From assembly GCF_000315625.1 (NCBI RefSeq), contig NW_005434671.1, positions 310,001-374,000 of the forward strand: 64,000 bases of DNA, in the 5' to 3' direction. Below, in pieces: positions 51,171-62,901 of this stretch (the stretch's first letter is position 1; every line of letters begins with the position of its first letter). The notes beneath the pieces are model-generated. The model saw only the letters and a program-made list of their open reading frames with translations. It had not been told where the DNA came from and searched no databases. The position numbers were made by a program, and so were the translations under genes. The DNA is from Guillardia theta CCMP2712 (Eukaryota; Protista; Cryptophyta).

Positions 51171-54100
51171 ATGGGCAGGCCGAGGCTTCCAGCGAAGAAA
51201 ATATGCTCATCATGCCACAGACGACGAGAAATGACCAGCATTCGAAAGTGGCATGGTGTGTCTATGTGCACAACTTGTGTTGCAAGGTTGAAAAAACACA
51301 AGGATTGCAATGATCTTGAGCAGATCTTGCTCTCTCAATGGGATGATGCCTTGGTTTTCAAGCTGTTGGATTTCTTGCAATGCCATGGCCATGCAACTTT
51401 ATCTGTGGAGTGTGAAGACGAGAATCTTTTAGTTTCAGCGACCCATTACCTCAAGTGGAGTCTTCGTTCTGTATCCTTGTATGAAGTCCAGAACAAACTA
51501 AAGGTCCTCGGAGATGTCTATGGGCCTACATCAGAAGGATTTTCGAGATGTTTTCTCCAGCACTACATGCAGGTTTTCGAACAACAAGCATCTGGCAAAT
51601 CACATGGAGGCACAAAGGCCATTTATGAGCACTTGAATCGACTTCGTACACGTATTGGCAACATTCACAGGAAGAATCGAAACCTTCTTTCTCGCATGGA
51701 AGAATGGTCTACTGCTCACTTCGAGAATTTGAATTCATTGCAAACTACTATACACGATTACTTTGTGAAGTAAGTCTGAGATGTTGCTTTCTTTCCATGC
51801 CAGTGACCTGACGATCATTGTACAGGTATGCAAGAATGTCGGATGAACATGTTGACACAAGTGAGAGTCTTCCAAACAAACATGCCAAGGCGCAATCCGA
51901 ACTGTTCATTCAGACAGTCCTTGAAACTTTTAGAACCCTTGACAGCCACACCCGATGTGACATGATTAGAAGGATTATGAGTGAACACGACTCTCTGTGT
52001 CAAACACATGACAAGAATACAGAGCATGAGCTATCTGCGATATGTAAATTCGAAAATGCTGTTTCAAATCTGCATGCTGCTGGATTGCCGGATATACTTT
52101 CGGAGTTAGTAATCTTTGCCAGAAACGACATCCAAGCTTTCAAAAGCACACATAGAATCATGCCTTACCTCGTCATGGATTGGTGTCATCAGAGCTTCAG
52201 AGCGAAAGATTCGAGGGGCATGAGATTCTCTCCGGAGGTTTTGAGTTTCGCATCAACAATTCTCAATGTTTGCGACGGGAGTACGTTCCGTTTACTGTCA
52301 GGGCCAGGGAACAAGTATACGAGAAACTTCCATTCTGATCAGGCTTTGCATAACTTGCCTCTACCGTCCATATCTACTCTTCATAAGCTGCAGAGTGCAG
52401 ACATGAAGACACGTGATCTAAACAAGTCAAGAATCTGCAGCGAGGTTTTGCATGATTACGGTGAAATGAATTTTAACCTTGTAGAAGGTATTCATGTGTT
52501 GGCGATGGACAAGACGATGATCAATGCTGGGTTTTGTAAACAGTTCGAAGACTGCGAAGCAGATTTAGGTGGAGTCACGGGGAAAACAATGGATTTGTGT
52601 GAACGGCTTGAGATGCGACAGAGACGGTTGGCACGGCTTTGTTTGGAGGGAACAACCGCTGAATCGATTCAGGAGCATGTGATAGGCTTATTGAAAACTG
52701 ACTTGGATCACATCAATGAAAGGAAATCAACGACTGAACGGGACTACAAGAAAATTCGTGATAAGTATGTTGCAAAAATGATTAGCAACAACGCAGATAC
52801 GAGAAGGAATGTCTCTAATGAAGTCAGGTTTACGCCACATCAATTGTACATGGCCGGGGTCATTGAGGGATGTAGTCAGATCCAAACTCAAGTGCCGCAA
52901 CTGATTGATCGTCTGAACAACTACATCAGTACCGCCACACCAAGCGAGGACGAGCGGCGTTCAATTCAAGATGAATTAAATGTATACAATGACTTGTACT
53001 ACAAGACGGCGATCGCCGAACTAGCAGAAGATGCAATATGTGTGGTTGCACAGGATGGACAAAAGCATATGCCTCCTGCGCCTGTTTACATCGGCTTTGC
53101 CCATAAAAGTTTGTGTTCCAAAGATGGAAAGGATATTTTTTTAGCTGTCACCAATGAAGCTTGGAAGAGAGGCGTGAACTTCAATGTGTGGTCTTTCGAT
53201 GGGGAGTTCGCCTGTATATATCGTTATTTCTACCAAGACAAGCCAAGTACATTCATTCAGGAAGTGAAAGCCATTAACAAGACTGCAACCAGTATGGAAT
53301 ATAGACATTTATGTACATCTATTTCAGCATACATTTCGGGGATATTCAAGTTCGAACCTCCAATTTCAGAGCACGACATTGAGAGTGAGTGCACATTGGA
53401 CCATCCAGATGAGTACGATGGTGATGATTTGTCGTCATTGCCCATCACACCTCAGCAAGGAATTGTACACATGGATGTTGCTGAGATGAGAGAAATTAAA
53501 CAGTTTGTTTTGCAGTTACGACAGAACCAGGCCATATGGCAAGTTCAGAAGGAGAAGACGCTACGATGCCACACGAGGAAGAGGCCCAGAGCGACCCTGA
53601 AAGAGATGTTTTGCAGGTTTCAAATATTTTGCAGACGGTACGGATATGAAGAAGTTCTTTCATTGGCCAAGCACAATGAAGAGGGGGGGGAAACATTCAC
53701 TCCTTGGGAGATGGAGCGAAGAATAGCTGATGGACTAAATGACTTTGATGAACACAAGATCCGCTTTAAATTCGACGAATGGTTATCCAATCCCGTCCTC
53801 TCTCCAATTACGAACAAGTTGTTGTTTTTCTCGCCGTGCATCAATCACTTGTTGAAGAATGTCAGGCATTCCATTGGATCAGGGAAGTCTCAATCGTCTT
53901 CTACGGAAGCCCAGATATGGCATAAAGCTTACAGTGATATCGCCAAGAAGAATCCTGCTTGGATGACTCAGATGGAAGTCGACGGGACCGCCGATCCACA
54001 ATCGGTGGATATCATGCTGAAGATGTTCAGTGACAAGGCCATCAGTCTACTAAAGGCAGAAGGACATGAAGCGACAGCAAGAATGGCAGAGGCTATGTCT

Positions 54101-54697
54101 GGCCTGCACAAAGCATTCGATGAAAGAGGGCTGAAAGTTTCAGAGAGGATACGTCTCGTTCAAGAGGGTCGAAGATGGCTATTGGAAGGCATCGACTGGA
54201 CCAGTGTCAGCCAAAAACATGTCAAGGGACTATCATCTGTAACATTTGAAGGCTTCATAGTTGCAATTGATACTCATCTGCAAGTACAACAGTATGTGAG
54301 GGATAAGAATCATGCGCTGGGTGATAGAGACTATGACTTCAATTCACGAACTCTCTGCACGGATAGTGTAGAGAATCTGTGGTCGTTGATCGGCCATCTG
54401 AACAAGAAGGATTTTCTGAGAAAATTCAATCAGGCATGCATAGAATTATCTAAAAAGGTGGATCCAAACCTGCCTTTTGTATACGAGCATTCGAAGAAGC
54501 GAATTGTCCTGAGCAAACCGCACGACCGTGAAGCTTTCAATGCACGGGATGGATCTGATAATGATGTGGAGCCACACAATAGTACGCAGAAGAACAATCG
54601 AAAGCGAGTATATGCTAAATCAGGGCAATGGGATGAAGGATTAACAGGTAATATGCAACGGTTCCGGGGATTGCGTAGCATTGCTGGCTGCAAGTAG
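51171..54697 (+). CDS. P-element-superfamily-like DDE transposase or transposase-derived protein, two exons (51171-51769, 51826-54697), 1156 aa from ATG 51171
   Basis: Intron 51770-51825 (GTAAGT, CTGAC branch point, TACAG) joins ORFs 51093..51773 and 51818..54697 in frame. Motifs in P/THAP9 order: RGMRFSPEVLSFASTI, LPLPSISTL, VLAMD (D1), WSFDG (D2), CINHLLKNVR (C/DxxH), DPQSVDIMLKMFS, RTLCTDSVENLWSLI (E). N-terminal CSSC-x14-CTTC. Confidence 0.8.
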
Positions 54698-54974
54698 AAA
54701 AAAGTACGTATTGTGGAAAATATTAAACACTGCTACGATGCAATTCAAATGATTGATACCATGATATAGATTTTACAATTTCCTGATAGGCTATGGTGGT
54801 TTCACGATTGTCATCATTGCACAGGCTGAATTAATCATCCTTAAACCTGGTCGCCGCCTTGCTGCCATTGCGATTTCCTGCAAACTCACCCACCCCCTCC
54901 TGAAAAGGTACCCCCAAAATATCATACAAAAATACCGGTACTAGACCATTTTATTGGGAGTTCCTCCCCCGTGC

Positions 54975-55020
54975 CGACCCCCCAGCCGACCCCCAGCCGA
55001 CCCCCCTCAGCGACCCCCGG
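54975..55020. repeat. Short tandem repeat (CAGCCGACCCCC) about 4 copies
   Basis: gccgaccccccagccgacccccagccgacccccctcagcgaccccc. Confidence 0.8.
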
Positions 55021-55210
55021 CCCGCCGGGCCGCGGCAGGACTCCCGGGACCCCGGGCCCTCAGCCCTGGACCGTACAACCTTGAACGGTCACCTCGGACC
55101 GGCGGACCGCTGGACCGATCGGCCGCGTAGTCAGACTCGCCAGGCCGGCCAACCCGCCGTGGGTGCCTATCATACTAGGATAGTATCAGTGCCACCGTGT
55201 GCCGGCAGAG

Positions 55211-55487
55211 CTGGCTAATTGACAGTGATGATCATCGGATGTTTGTGTGCCAATTGTGCCGGTAAATTACTGGCTAATTGATAGCCGATTTCAGGTTTGA
55301 TGATGTTTGTGTTAATTGCTGGCTAATTGATAGCCGATTTCAGGTTTGATGATGTTTGTGTGCCAATTGTGCCGGTAAATTACTGGCTAATTGATAGCCG
55401 ATTTCAGGCCTGATGATGTTTGTGTGCCAATTGTGCCGCCGCCGGGTAAATTACTGGCTAATTGATAGCCGATTTCAGGTTTGTGCC
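55211..55487. repeat. Five-unit variable-length tandem array with conserved core CTGGCTAATTGATAGCCGATTTCAGG
   Basis: Cores start at 55211 (degenerate), 55270, 55319, 55383 and 55454, giving periods of 59, 49, 64 and 71 bp. Confidence 0.9.
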
Positions 55488-57424
55488 GCTTCCGTCGGAC
55501 TCCCGGGAGCCGCGCGCCCGGCCCGCCGCGGCCGGAGGCCCGGCGCCGGGCCACTGATCATTGCTCAGTGCGGCTGCCCGGTACTAGGCTAGCTGGCAGT
55601 TAGTACTGCTCGTACTGATTTTTAACTTAACTTTGAGTAAACTTGGGAAGCAGTTAGTACTACAATGATGATGCCGTGCCCGAACCGTGCCGTGCATCGA
55701 ACGGTGTGCCGCGCCGTGCGGCCCGGCGGCCGGGCCGCACTCAGGCTGCACAGTGGCGTGCCCCCGGCGGCCCGCATCTCAGTCCTGAATTTGAAAGTAC
55801 CGTGACCGCCGCTGAGACTCTCAGTACTAGTATTTGAAATTGGAACTGGGAAATTGGTTAGGTTCTGTTTCAACAGTCGGAAGGCAAAACGTTATAGAAG
55901 CCAGGAAATACGAAGGCACAACAATGCGAAACGCTTACAGTTTGCTTGGAGCACATGTATGTGGGCCCGTACAACACACCCGTAACCAAGTACAGTAGTG
56001 TTAGTACCATTTTTGATAAATAGTATTATAGTTTTCGTACTTCCCCGAACAGTAGTAGCGCTTAAACCCTTTCCCTATTGTTCTATTTCTGGTACCAGTA
56101 GTCTATCTAGCTGTACCGTGCTAGGGCGGGTCAACTCGAGGGTCCCACAACAATGCGAAACGATGCTTGTTCCTTTGTGTTAAGAGGGATGAGGGGTAGT
56201 AGGTTCCAGGGTAAGGTGGGAGGTAGGGTGGTGTGAAGGAAAGGAGGGGATGAGGGACACGCGAGCACATGAACTGGCCAGGAACAGAAATGAACGGCAA
56301 CAATCTGAAACGACGTGGATTGCCTTGCAAAAGTGTTTTGCCCCGCAACAATACCAATCGACGCAATTCCTGAAGATTTGAGGAGATGCGGGCACACAGA
56401 AGATGTAGAAGGCGGGCCCGGGAAGGATCCATGGAAGAAAGTACGGTTGACTGTCACTTTGTATTGAATTTGTTGAATTAACTTAATTATCTATACTAAA
56501 TTTGTAAGTTGTATTGTATCTTGATACTAGTAAAATTATTATTAAAGAAACAGTAGGAAAAAACTAACTGTGAAATAAAGTCAACATGATTGCTCCTGGT
56601 ACCGGACGGTTACATCGGCAAAGGTGCATGATGAGGTAGGGGTGGTCACCTCATAGTCAATGGTGGGTACCTTTGTGGGATATGATGGGGTAGATGATCG
56701 AAAATCTGGTCTAAAAAGTAACTATCGAGGGTGGGGTGCATCGGTTACGATCGGTACGGACGGATGTGGGTGGGGTGGGGGAATACGTTCAGAGGAAGGT
56801 GGTGGTACAAATATTGTGGGGTGGGTCCCTAAGAAGTAGATTCCCCCAAGGGGTGCGGATTGAGGACTTATTAATCGTGGGGTACCTTTATAGGAAAAGT
56901 AGGGGTCTGTGCGGGTACATTCGATGAACACAGGGGTGTATCCGGAACGGGGTATACACATGGTGGGTAAAGGCCCATGGGGGTCGGTCAAATGGAGGCG
57001 CAATGGATTTTCTACCAGTACCGGTTATATCCCTCCCGAAAATGACCATCCGAAGGGGGTATGTGGTATGAGCAAGGGAACCTCGGGCACCGGGGTAGTT
57101 GGTACCTGTAAGTTAGTTTCGGGAAGGTGGGGTGGGGTACTGTGGTAGGGTGGGGTCGGTGGTGTCGGTAGTACATTCCAAGAAGAGGGAAACTCACATG
57201 GCGGCGAGTATGAGAGCGAAGAGGAAGCAGTGAGAGAGGTTGGGGCCTCTCACCTTCACAACAGACCCTCGTCCTTCTCTGGTCTCGCCTTAGCTACAGT
57301 GCAGCTGCTCGACAGCAGCTCTTTGGCTGGTGGGGTTGTTCGACGGATCCTGGGAACCTGGGGCAATCCACTCCCAGCAAACTGCTCTGACCTTTCCCTT
57401 TCTTGGACGCAGGAAGGTGGTAGC

Positions 57425-59701
57425 ATGAACGAATCTATATCATCTCGTGCACCATTCGAATGCGTCTGTGGCTTCACGGCTGGGACAAGCTTTGCATGGG
57501 AGAAGCACCTGGCTCTCAGAAATACCCCGTATTCAGCTGTCAAACACACCCGTGTTATCCGAGGCGGCCAGGAAAGTGCGAAGAAGCTGTCAAACTCCAC
57601 GGAGTCACCTCATAAATCTCTGAATGGTTCCCACGACGATGGCCATATTCTAGGTGGTTACCCCACGCCGAAAGGTTGTGATTGTATGCTGTGTTTGAAG
57701 CCGACATCAGTTATACCAGTGATCACGACCGTTCATTTCCTGTATGCTAGAGACGAATAAGCTTATGTTGATCTATGTTGATCGGTATAGTCCCATGAGT
57801 GAACGAAGCTGCTTGTGTTCGCAAAGGGATAATGAATGCGGATGTTGCGGGCCGCTGAACACCAGCTGACAATCTGATGATGTTGATGTGTTAGATGAGG
57901 TCTTTGCATCTACTGACATGTTCCTCACCCTTAGCGCTCTTTCGGGATCGCAGCAACCATTCTTTGGAGACGCCGACAAGGACTCAAGTCTCATCTCCCA
58001 AGAGTCCGATACTAAACGGGCTCCACCTGGACGAAGCGGCTTCGAGCGGTGACATGGACAGAGTTGCGAGGTTGGCGGTAGAAATTCTCCGCCTTGCGCA
58101 ACAAGGGGACAGTCACGGGGTCCTGGATCTTATCACTGATAAGAGGAAGAGTGACGTTGAGAAGAACCATCATTCGTCTCATCACGCGAAATCGAAGGAC
58201 ATCCGTTTCTCTGCCAACATCACAGCCGTGCACCACGATGTGCATGGTGTGACCCTCGAGCAGGTGATGCCGTCGGTGCTTGAAGTTGGCTCAACTGACA
58301 TGGAGGCAGGTTGCCACGGGGTTGAAGAACTCGAGGAATACAGAGAGCATGGGATCCAAGGATGCCCTGCGTCTTCTTGCAATCACGGAGCCTTTGTTGG
58401 AAGCGTCCTCTACGTCGAGCACTCCCGCGCAGTTTGGCGTTGACGTTGGTGTGCTGAAGCGGACCATCATAGCCGTCGCTCAGTGTGCCTCGAGGTTTGC
58501 TGCATGTTTGCCTTGATAGGGAGCCTGCGCTGAGACTGAAGTTCACAGGATCACTGCTGGGGAACCGCGGATCTTGGAAACCCGCTCTCCGGTCTATGTC
58601 CTCGGAGACGTGCATGGTAACTTGAACGATCTGGAGTTCTTCAGGAAGTCCTTCTGGCCACTGGGACCGGAAGTGACGGCAGGAGACTTCTTGTTCCTCG
58701 GAGACTTCGTGGACCGCGGCAGAGACTCGATTGCAGTTGTGTCCTACATAATGAGCATGAAGGTCCTGCATCCCAACAAGTGGTGGATGATCCGGGGGAA
58801 CCACGAGACGCGCGAGGTCAATGGCAACATGGAGCACTACATGGAGGGGAGCTTCCTTTCGCAATGCATCGCCCTCTTTGGAGACACGGACGGGTACGCA
58901 GTCTGGGAAGCAGTGAACAACTTCTTCGACACCCTCCCGCTGGCTGCGACCATCGATGGTAAGTCCCTCACCTCGGAGCGTACCCGGGGCCCCTTGTGGT
59001 GACTTTTGCTCTTGCTAGATACCATCTTCTGTGTCCATGGAGGGATCCCACGAGAGCTCTGCCGGAGAGGCTCCAGCCTCGACCTCATCCGCAACGTCGA
59101 GTGTCCTCTCCGATCCGTGCAGACCAACGAGGTTGTCTACGAGATGCTGTGGTCTGATCCGTCCTTGCCCGAGCAGGAGCAGAACGACGAGCTGGACGAC
59201 TCGGGCTTTGGAGTCAGCGCCAGGGGCTGCACCTGCTTCGGGGAAAAGTCGATCGACCTCTTCCTCGACATCCACCGGTTCAAGCACGTCTTCCGGGGCC
59301 ACGAGGCGCAGCAGTCTGGGGTAGGAGTGAGCAAGAGCGCCCGGCTTACCACCATCTTTTCCACCTCCAAGGATCACTTCTCCGCTGACGTGACGGCGAC
59401 CTGCGGCTGTGTGCTGGTGGATCACGACACCATCCACCCTATCGTCCGAGCCCTTCCCACCGCCGGCCTCAAGCCCACGTATGCGGGGCAGTCGGTGGAG
59501 GCACAGGAGGCTCAGTTCGCGCACGTGGAGCCGTCGCATCGGGGACATGGCTCGCACAGCATCGCCTCCCTGTCGCTGAGGGATGCGGACTCGTCGAGGG
59601 GATGGAGCTACCAAGGGGAGCAGAAGTACAAGAGAGCTTGGGAGACGACCAGCATCTCCTCGAGCCCGAATCGTTACGCGCTGAGAGCGGGGAGCCCTTG
59701 A
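57425..59701 (+). CDS. Ser/Thr phosphoprotein phosphatase (PPP family) with long N-terminal extension
   Basis: GDVHG, GDFVDRG, RGNHE, CVHGGI, LWSDP, RGHE and TIFS motifs across exons 58550-58960 and 59019-59701. The start is inferred. Confidence 0.9.
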
Positions 59702-60096
59702 AGTTTTAACGTGCTGATTCCGACACGCTCGAAAGAGATCGGAGTGAGGGAGGAGTGAGGGTGGGGGGGCGGAGCAGACTATCTTCCTCCTACATCCTCT
59801 TCATTTTTGTTTGTTAAAGATTCTGATTAAACCATCTGATGAAACATCGCACTTTCCTACTTCTCTCTCTCTCCTCTCCTGTCTTCTTTCCTTCTCTCTC
59901 CTCTCCTGTCTTCTGTCCGAGGCTTCTCCTCTCCTGTCTTCTTTCCTTCTCTCTCCTCTCCTGTCTTCTTTCCTTCTCTTTTCTCCTCCCTTTCTCCCCC
60001 CGCCTTCCGCCCTGGCAGTTTGCCATACCCTGTCCGCGAAGAGTTTTGTCTGTTTTTTGGATTTTTACTCCCCTCCCCCCCCCGCAACCCTCACTC

Positions 60097-60192
60097 CTCC
60101 CTCGCTCCCTCGCTCCCTCGCTCCCTCGCTCCCTCGCTCCCTCGCTCCCTCGCTCCCTCGCTCCCTCCCTCGCTCCCTCCCTCGCTCCCTCC
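60097..60192. repeat. (CTCCCTCG)n microsatellite
   Basis: About 11 octamer units. Confidence 0.9.
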
Positions 60193-60266
60193 CTCTCTGC
60201 TTGCACGCCACTGACTATCCCTCGATGAAGGGGACTGGCTGATCTCTCTCTCTTCTCTTCTCTCTC

Positions 60267-60297
<31 letters not shown>

Positions 60298-60343
60298 CCC
60301 CCTCTCCCTCTCTTTCTCCCCTCCCTCCCTCCCTCCCTCTAAA

Positions 60344-60443
60344 NNNNNNNNNNNNNNNNNNNNNNNNNNNNNNNNNNNNNNNNNNNNNNNNNNNNNNNNN
60401 NNNNNNNNNNNNNNNNNNNNNNNNNNNNNNNNNNNNNNNNNNN
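60344..60443. other. Assembly gap (100 N)
   Basis: Run of N flanked by CT repeats. Confidence 1.
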
Positions 60444-60478
<35 letters not shown>

Positions 60479-60564
60479 CTCTCTCTCTCCTCTCCCCCTC
60501 CTCTCCCTCTCCTTTCTCCCTCCCTCCCTCCCTCCCTCTCATCTCCCTCCCTCCCCGTGCTGTC

Positions 60565-62740
60565 TTGAAAGGGGAGCATGAGCTTGCAGCAGATCCTTCG
60601 CGAGCGAGACCTGGCAGGGAGAGTCTGGCCGGCAGATCGAGTCGTGATGGGCTCACGGGTAACCCTCGTGCTCCTGCTCCTCCTCGTGCTCCTGCTCCTC
60701 CTGCTCCTCCTCTGCTCCTGCTCCTCCTCCTCCTGCTCCTGCTGCTCGTTGACATTTCTCCTCCTCAACAGACTTGCAAGGCCCTCAGCAAGTTCTTCGC
60801 AGACGAGTGCTGGAGCAACATGCTGGTCTCCCTGCGAGCCAAGAAGAACGCGACGAGAGGAGCGCTCATGACAATGACCTTCCTTCCCTTCCGTTCCCTC
60901 GGCATCGCCGTCTCCTTCACGCGTCTCGCGAATTCCAAGTGGTTGCACCCATTCCAGGCTGCGGTGAAAGCGGCATCGAGCAAGGGGTGGAAGGGGGTGG
61001 TGGAGGTGCATGCTGACTTCACGGGCCTGGAGGACAGGCCGATGTCGGTCCTCACCGCCGTCCTCTCCTCCTTCCCCTGCTCTCTCACTGTGCTCAACCT
61101 CAGCTGGAACCAAATCTCCGACGGCGGGCTGCAGGAGCTCGACCACGTGCTGGCGTGCAACTCCAGCCTGCAGCAGCTGCAGCTGGGAGGATGCGGGCTG
61201 GGAGCTGAGGGAGTCAAGGGCCTTGCAGGCATCCTGAGGAGCGCGAGCTCCCTTGCGCATGTAGACCTGCACCACAACCTCATCGGGCCGAGCAGCATCA
61301 GGGTCATCGGGGAGGCGCTGGCGAGCAGAAGCATGCTGCTGTCGCTGGATGTGAGCGAGAACATGATTGGGTCCTGGGGGGTCGGCGACCTTTTCTCTTT
61401 TCTCCCTTGCTCCGTGACAAGGCTCAACCTGTGGAACAACCGGATCCATGCCGAGGGTTGCCGGAGGCTGGCCGGGGCCCTCCCGCGCCTGGAGAGCCTG
61501 CAGTCCCTGACACTGAGGAGTAACGACATCAAGGACGCGGGTTGCAGCCTGGTGGTGAGCAGCCTGTCGAGGGGGATCAGGCACCTTGACCTGCGGGAGA
61601 ACATGATCACGGAGGAGGGAGCCAAGGCCATCGCAGAGAACCTGCCGAGCATGCGGAAGCTTTCCTGCCTGATGCTCGACACCAACCTCATCGGCGATGA
61701 CGGGGCCAAGCACCTGGTCCTGTCCCTGCCCTCCTGTTACAGTAAGTCCCTCATCCTCAGGATCACACAGCAGCATCTTTCATGTGCTGTGCTGTGCTGT
61801 GCTGTGCTGTGCTGTGCTGTGCTGTGCTGTGCTGTGCTGTGCTGTGCTGTGCTGTGCTGTGCTGTGCTGTGCTGTGCTGTGCTGTGCTGTGCTGTGCTGT
61901 GCTGTGCTGTGCTGTGCCGCACTTCCCTGCCTGCGTCTTCCTCTTCTCTGTCTCAGCGGCTGTCTACGTTCACCTCGATGGTTCCCACGTCCCATCGCAC
62001 TCATCAACTTCTCTGGTTAATAGTCTTGACACATCACCACAGACCTCACAGACTTTCACTTCAGCAACAACGGGATCAGCAACCACCTCCACCGGATGCT
62101 CAAGGTCTCCATACAGGACAAGTGCAAGCTGCACGTCTGGGAGTTTGAGGAGCTCTTTGGTTTCAAGCACTCCTCCAACAACAACTTGCAGGACATCGTC
62201 ATCTGATGTTCCTGATGTTGAAGCTGTACGATAATCTCCGTCCCCCTTGCCCCCTCCCTATCCTCCCCCCCGGCCCCCTTGCCCCCCAGCCCCCTTGCCT
62301 CTCCCCCCCCCTTCCCGGCCCCTCCCTCCCTCCTCCTCCTCCTCCTCCTCCTCCTCCTCCTCCTCCTCCTCCTCCTTGCTGCTCCCTCTCCATTTCTCCT
62401 CTCTCATCTCCTGTCCTCCCCTACCTCCTCCTCCCCTTTCATTCCTACCTTCCTCCACTTCAACTTCCTCCTCGTGTTCATCCTCCCTCTACAAGCTCAC
62501 ATGCAGCGGCAGGCAGCGAAGCTGGAGCAGGAGACAACAATCAACGAAGAATTCCGTCTGGTCCTCACGAAGAGTAGCAGACTTGCGCGCGTCTCCTTCC
62601 TGTCCCGCCCTTCTCCCCACGAGGAGCTCGAGATCGGGCACGTCCTCCTCGACCTCTCAGACCTTGTGGTCCAAACCTCCGGCTCCCGTCAGGGCTGGTT
62701 CCATGTTAACAGAGGGCAGGCAAGACAGGGCGAGCCGGGG
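60565..62740 (+). CDS. Ribonuclease-inhibitor-type leucine-rich repeat protein; termini uncertain because of gaps
   Basis: About 28-aa LRRs: LTVLNLSWNQISDGGL, LQQLQLGGCGLGAEGV, LAHVDLHHNLIG, LQSLTLRSNDIKDAG, IRHLDLRENMITEEGA, LSCLMLDTNLIGDDGA. Confidence 0.8.
61785..61917. repeat. (GCTGT)n pentanucleotide microsatellite, probably intronic
   Basis: About 26 perfect units after a GTAAGT donor at ~61742. Confidence 0.95.
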
Positions 62741-62801
62741 TAAGCATCTCTCCTAAGCATCTCTCCTCTCCTCTCCTCTCCTCTCCTCTCCTCTCCTCTC
62801 C

Positions 62802-62901
62802 NNNNNNNNNNNNNNNNNNNNNNNNNNNNNNNNNNNNNNNNNNNNNNNNNNNNNNNNNNNNNNNNNNNNNNNNNNNNNNNNNNNNNNNNNNNNNNNNNNN
62901 N
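62802..62901. other. Assembly gap (100 N)
   Basis: Run of N. Confidence 1.

Noticed and set aside
55211-55487. CRISPR-like appearance (palindromic repeat with variable spacing)
   Set aside because: The linkers are copies of one another rather than unique spacers, there are no cas genes, and the context is eukaryotic.
55800-55832. Helitron-like 3' end (hairpin followed by CTAG-T)
   Set aside because: The hairpin is too short and too close to CTAG, and there is no Rep/helicase or definable 5' end.
56627-56652. CATGATGAGGTAGGGGTGGTCACC loosely resembles the Drosophila P-element terminus
   Set aside because: No inverted partner was found, the orientation is wrong for a right end, and the match is short enough to be chance.
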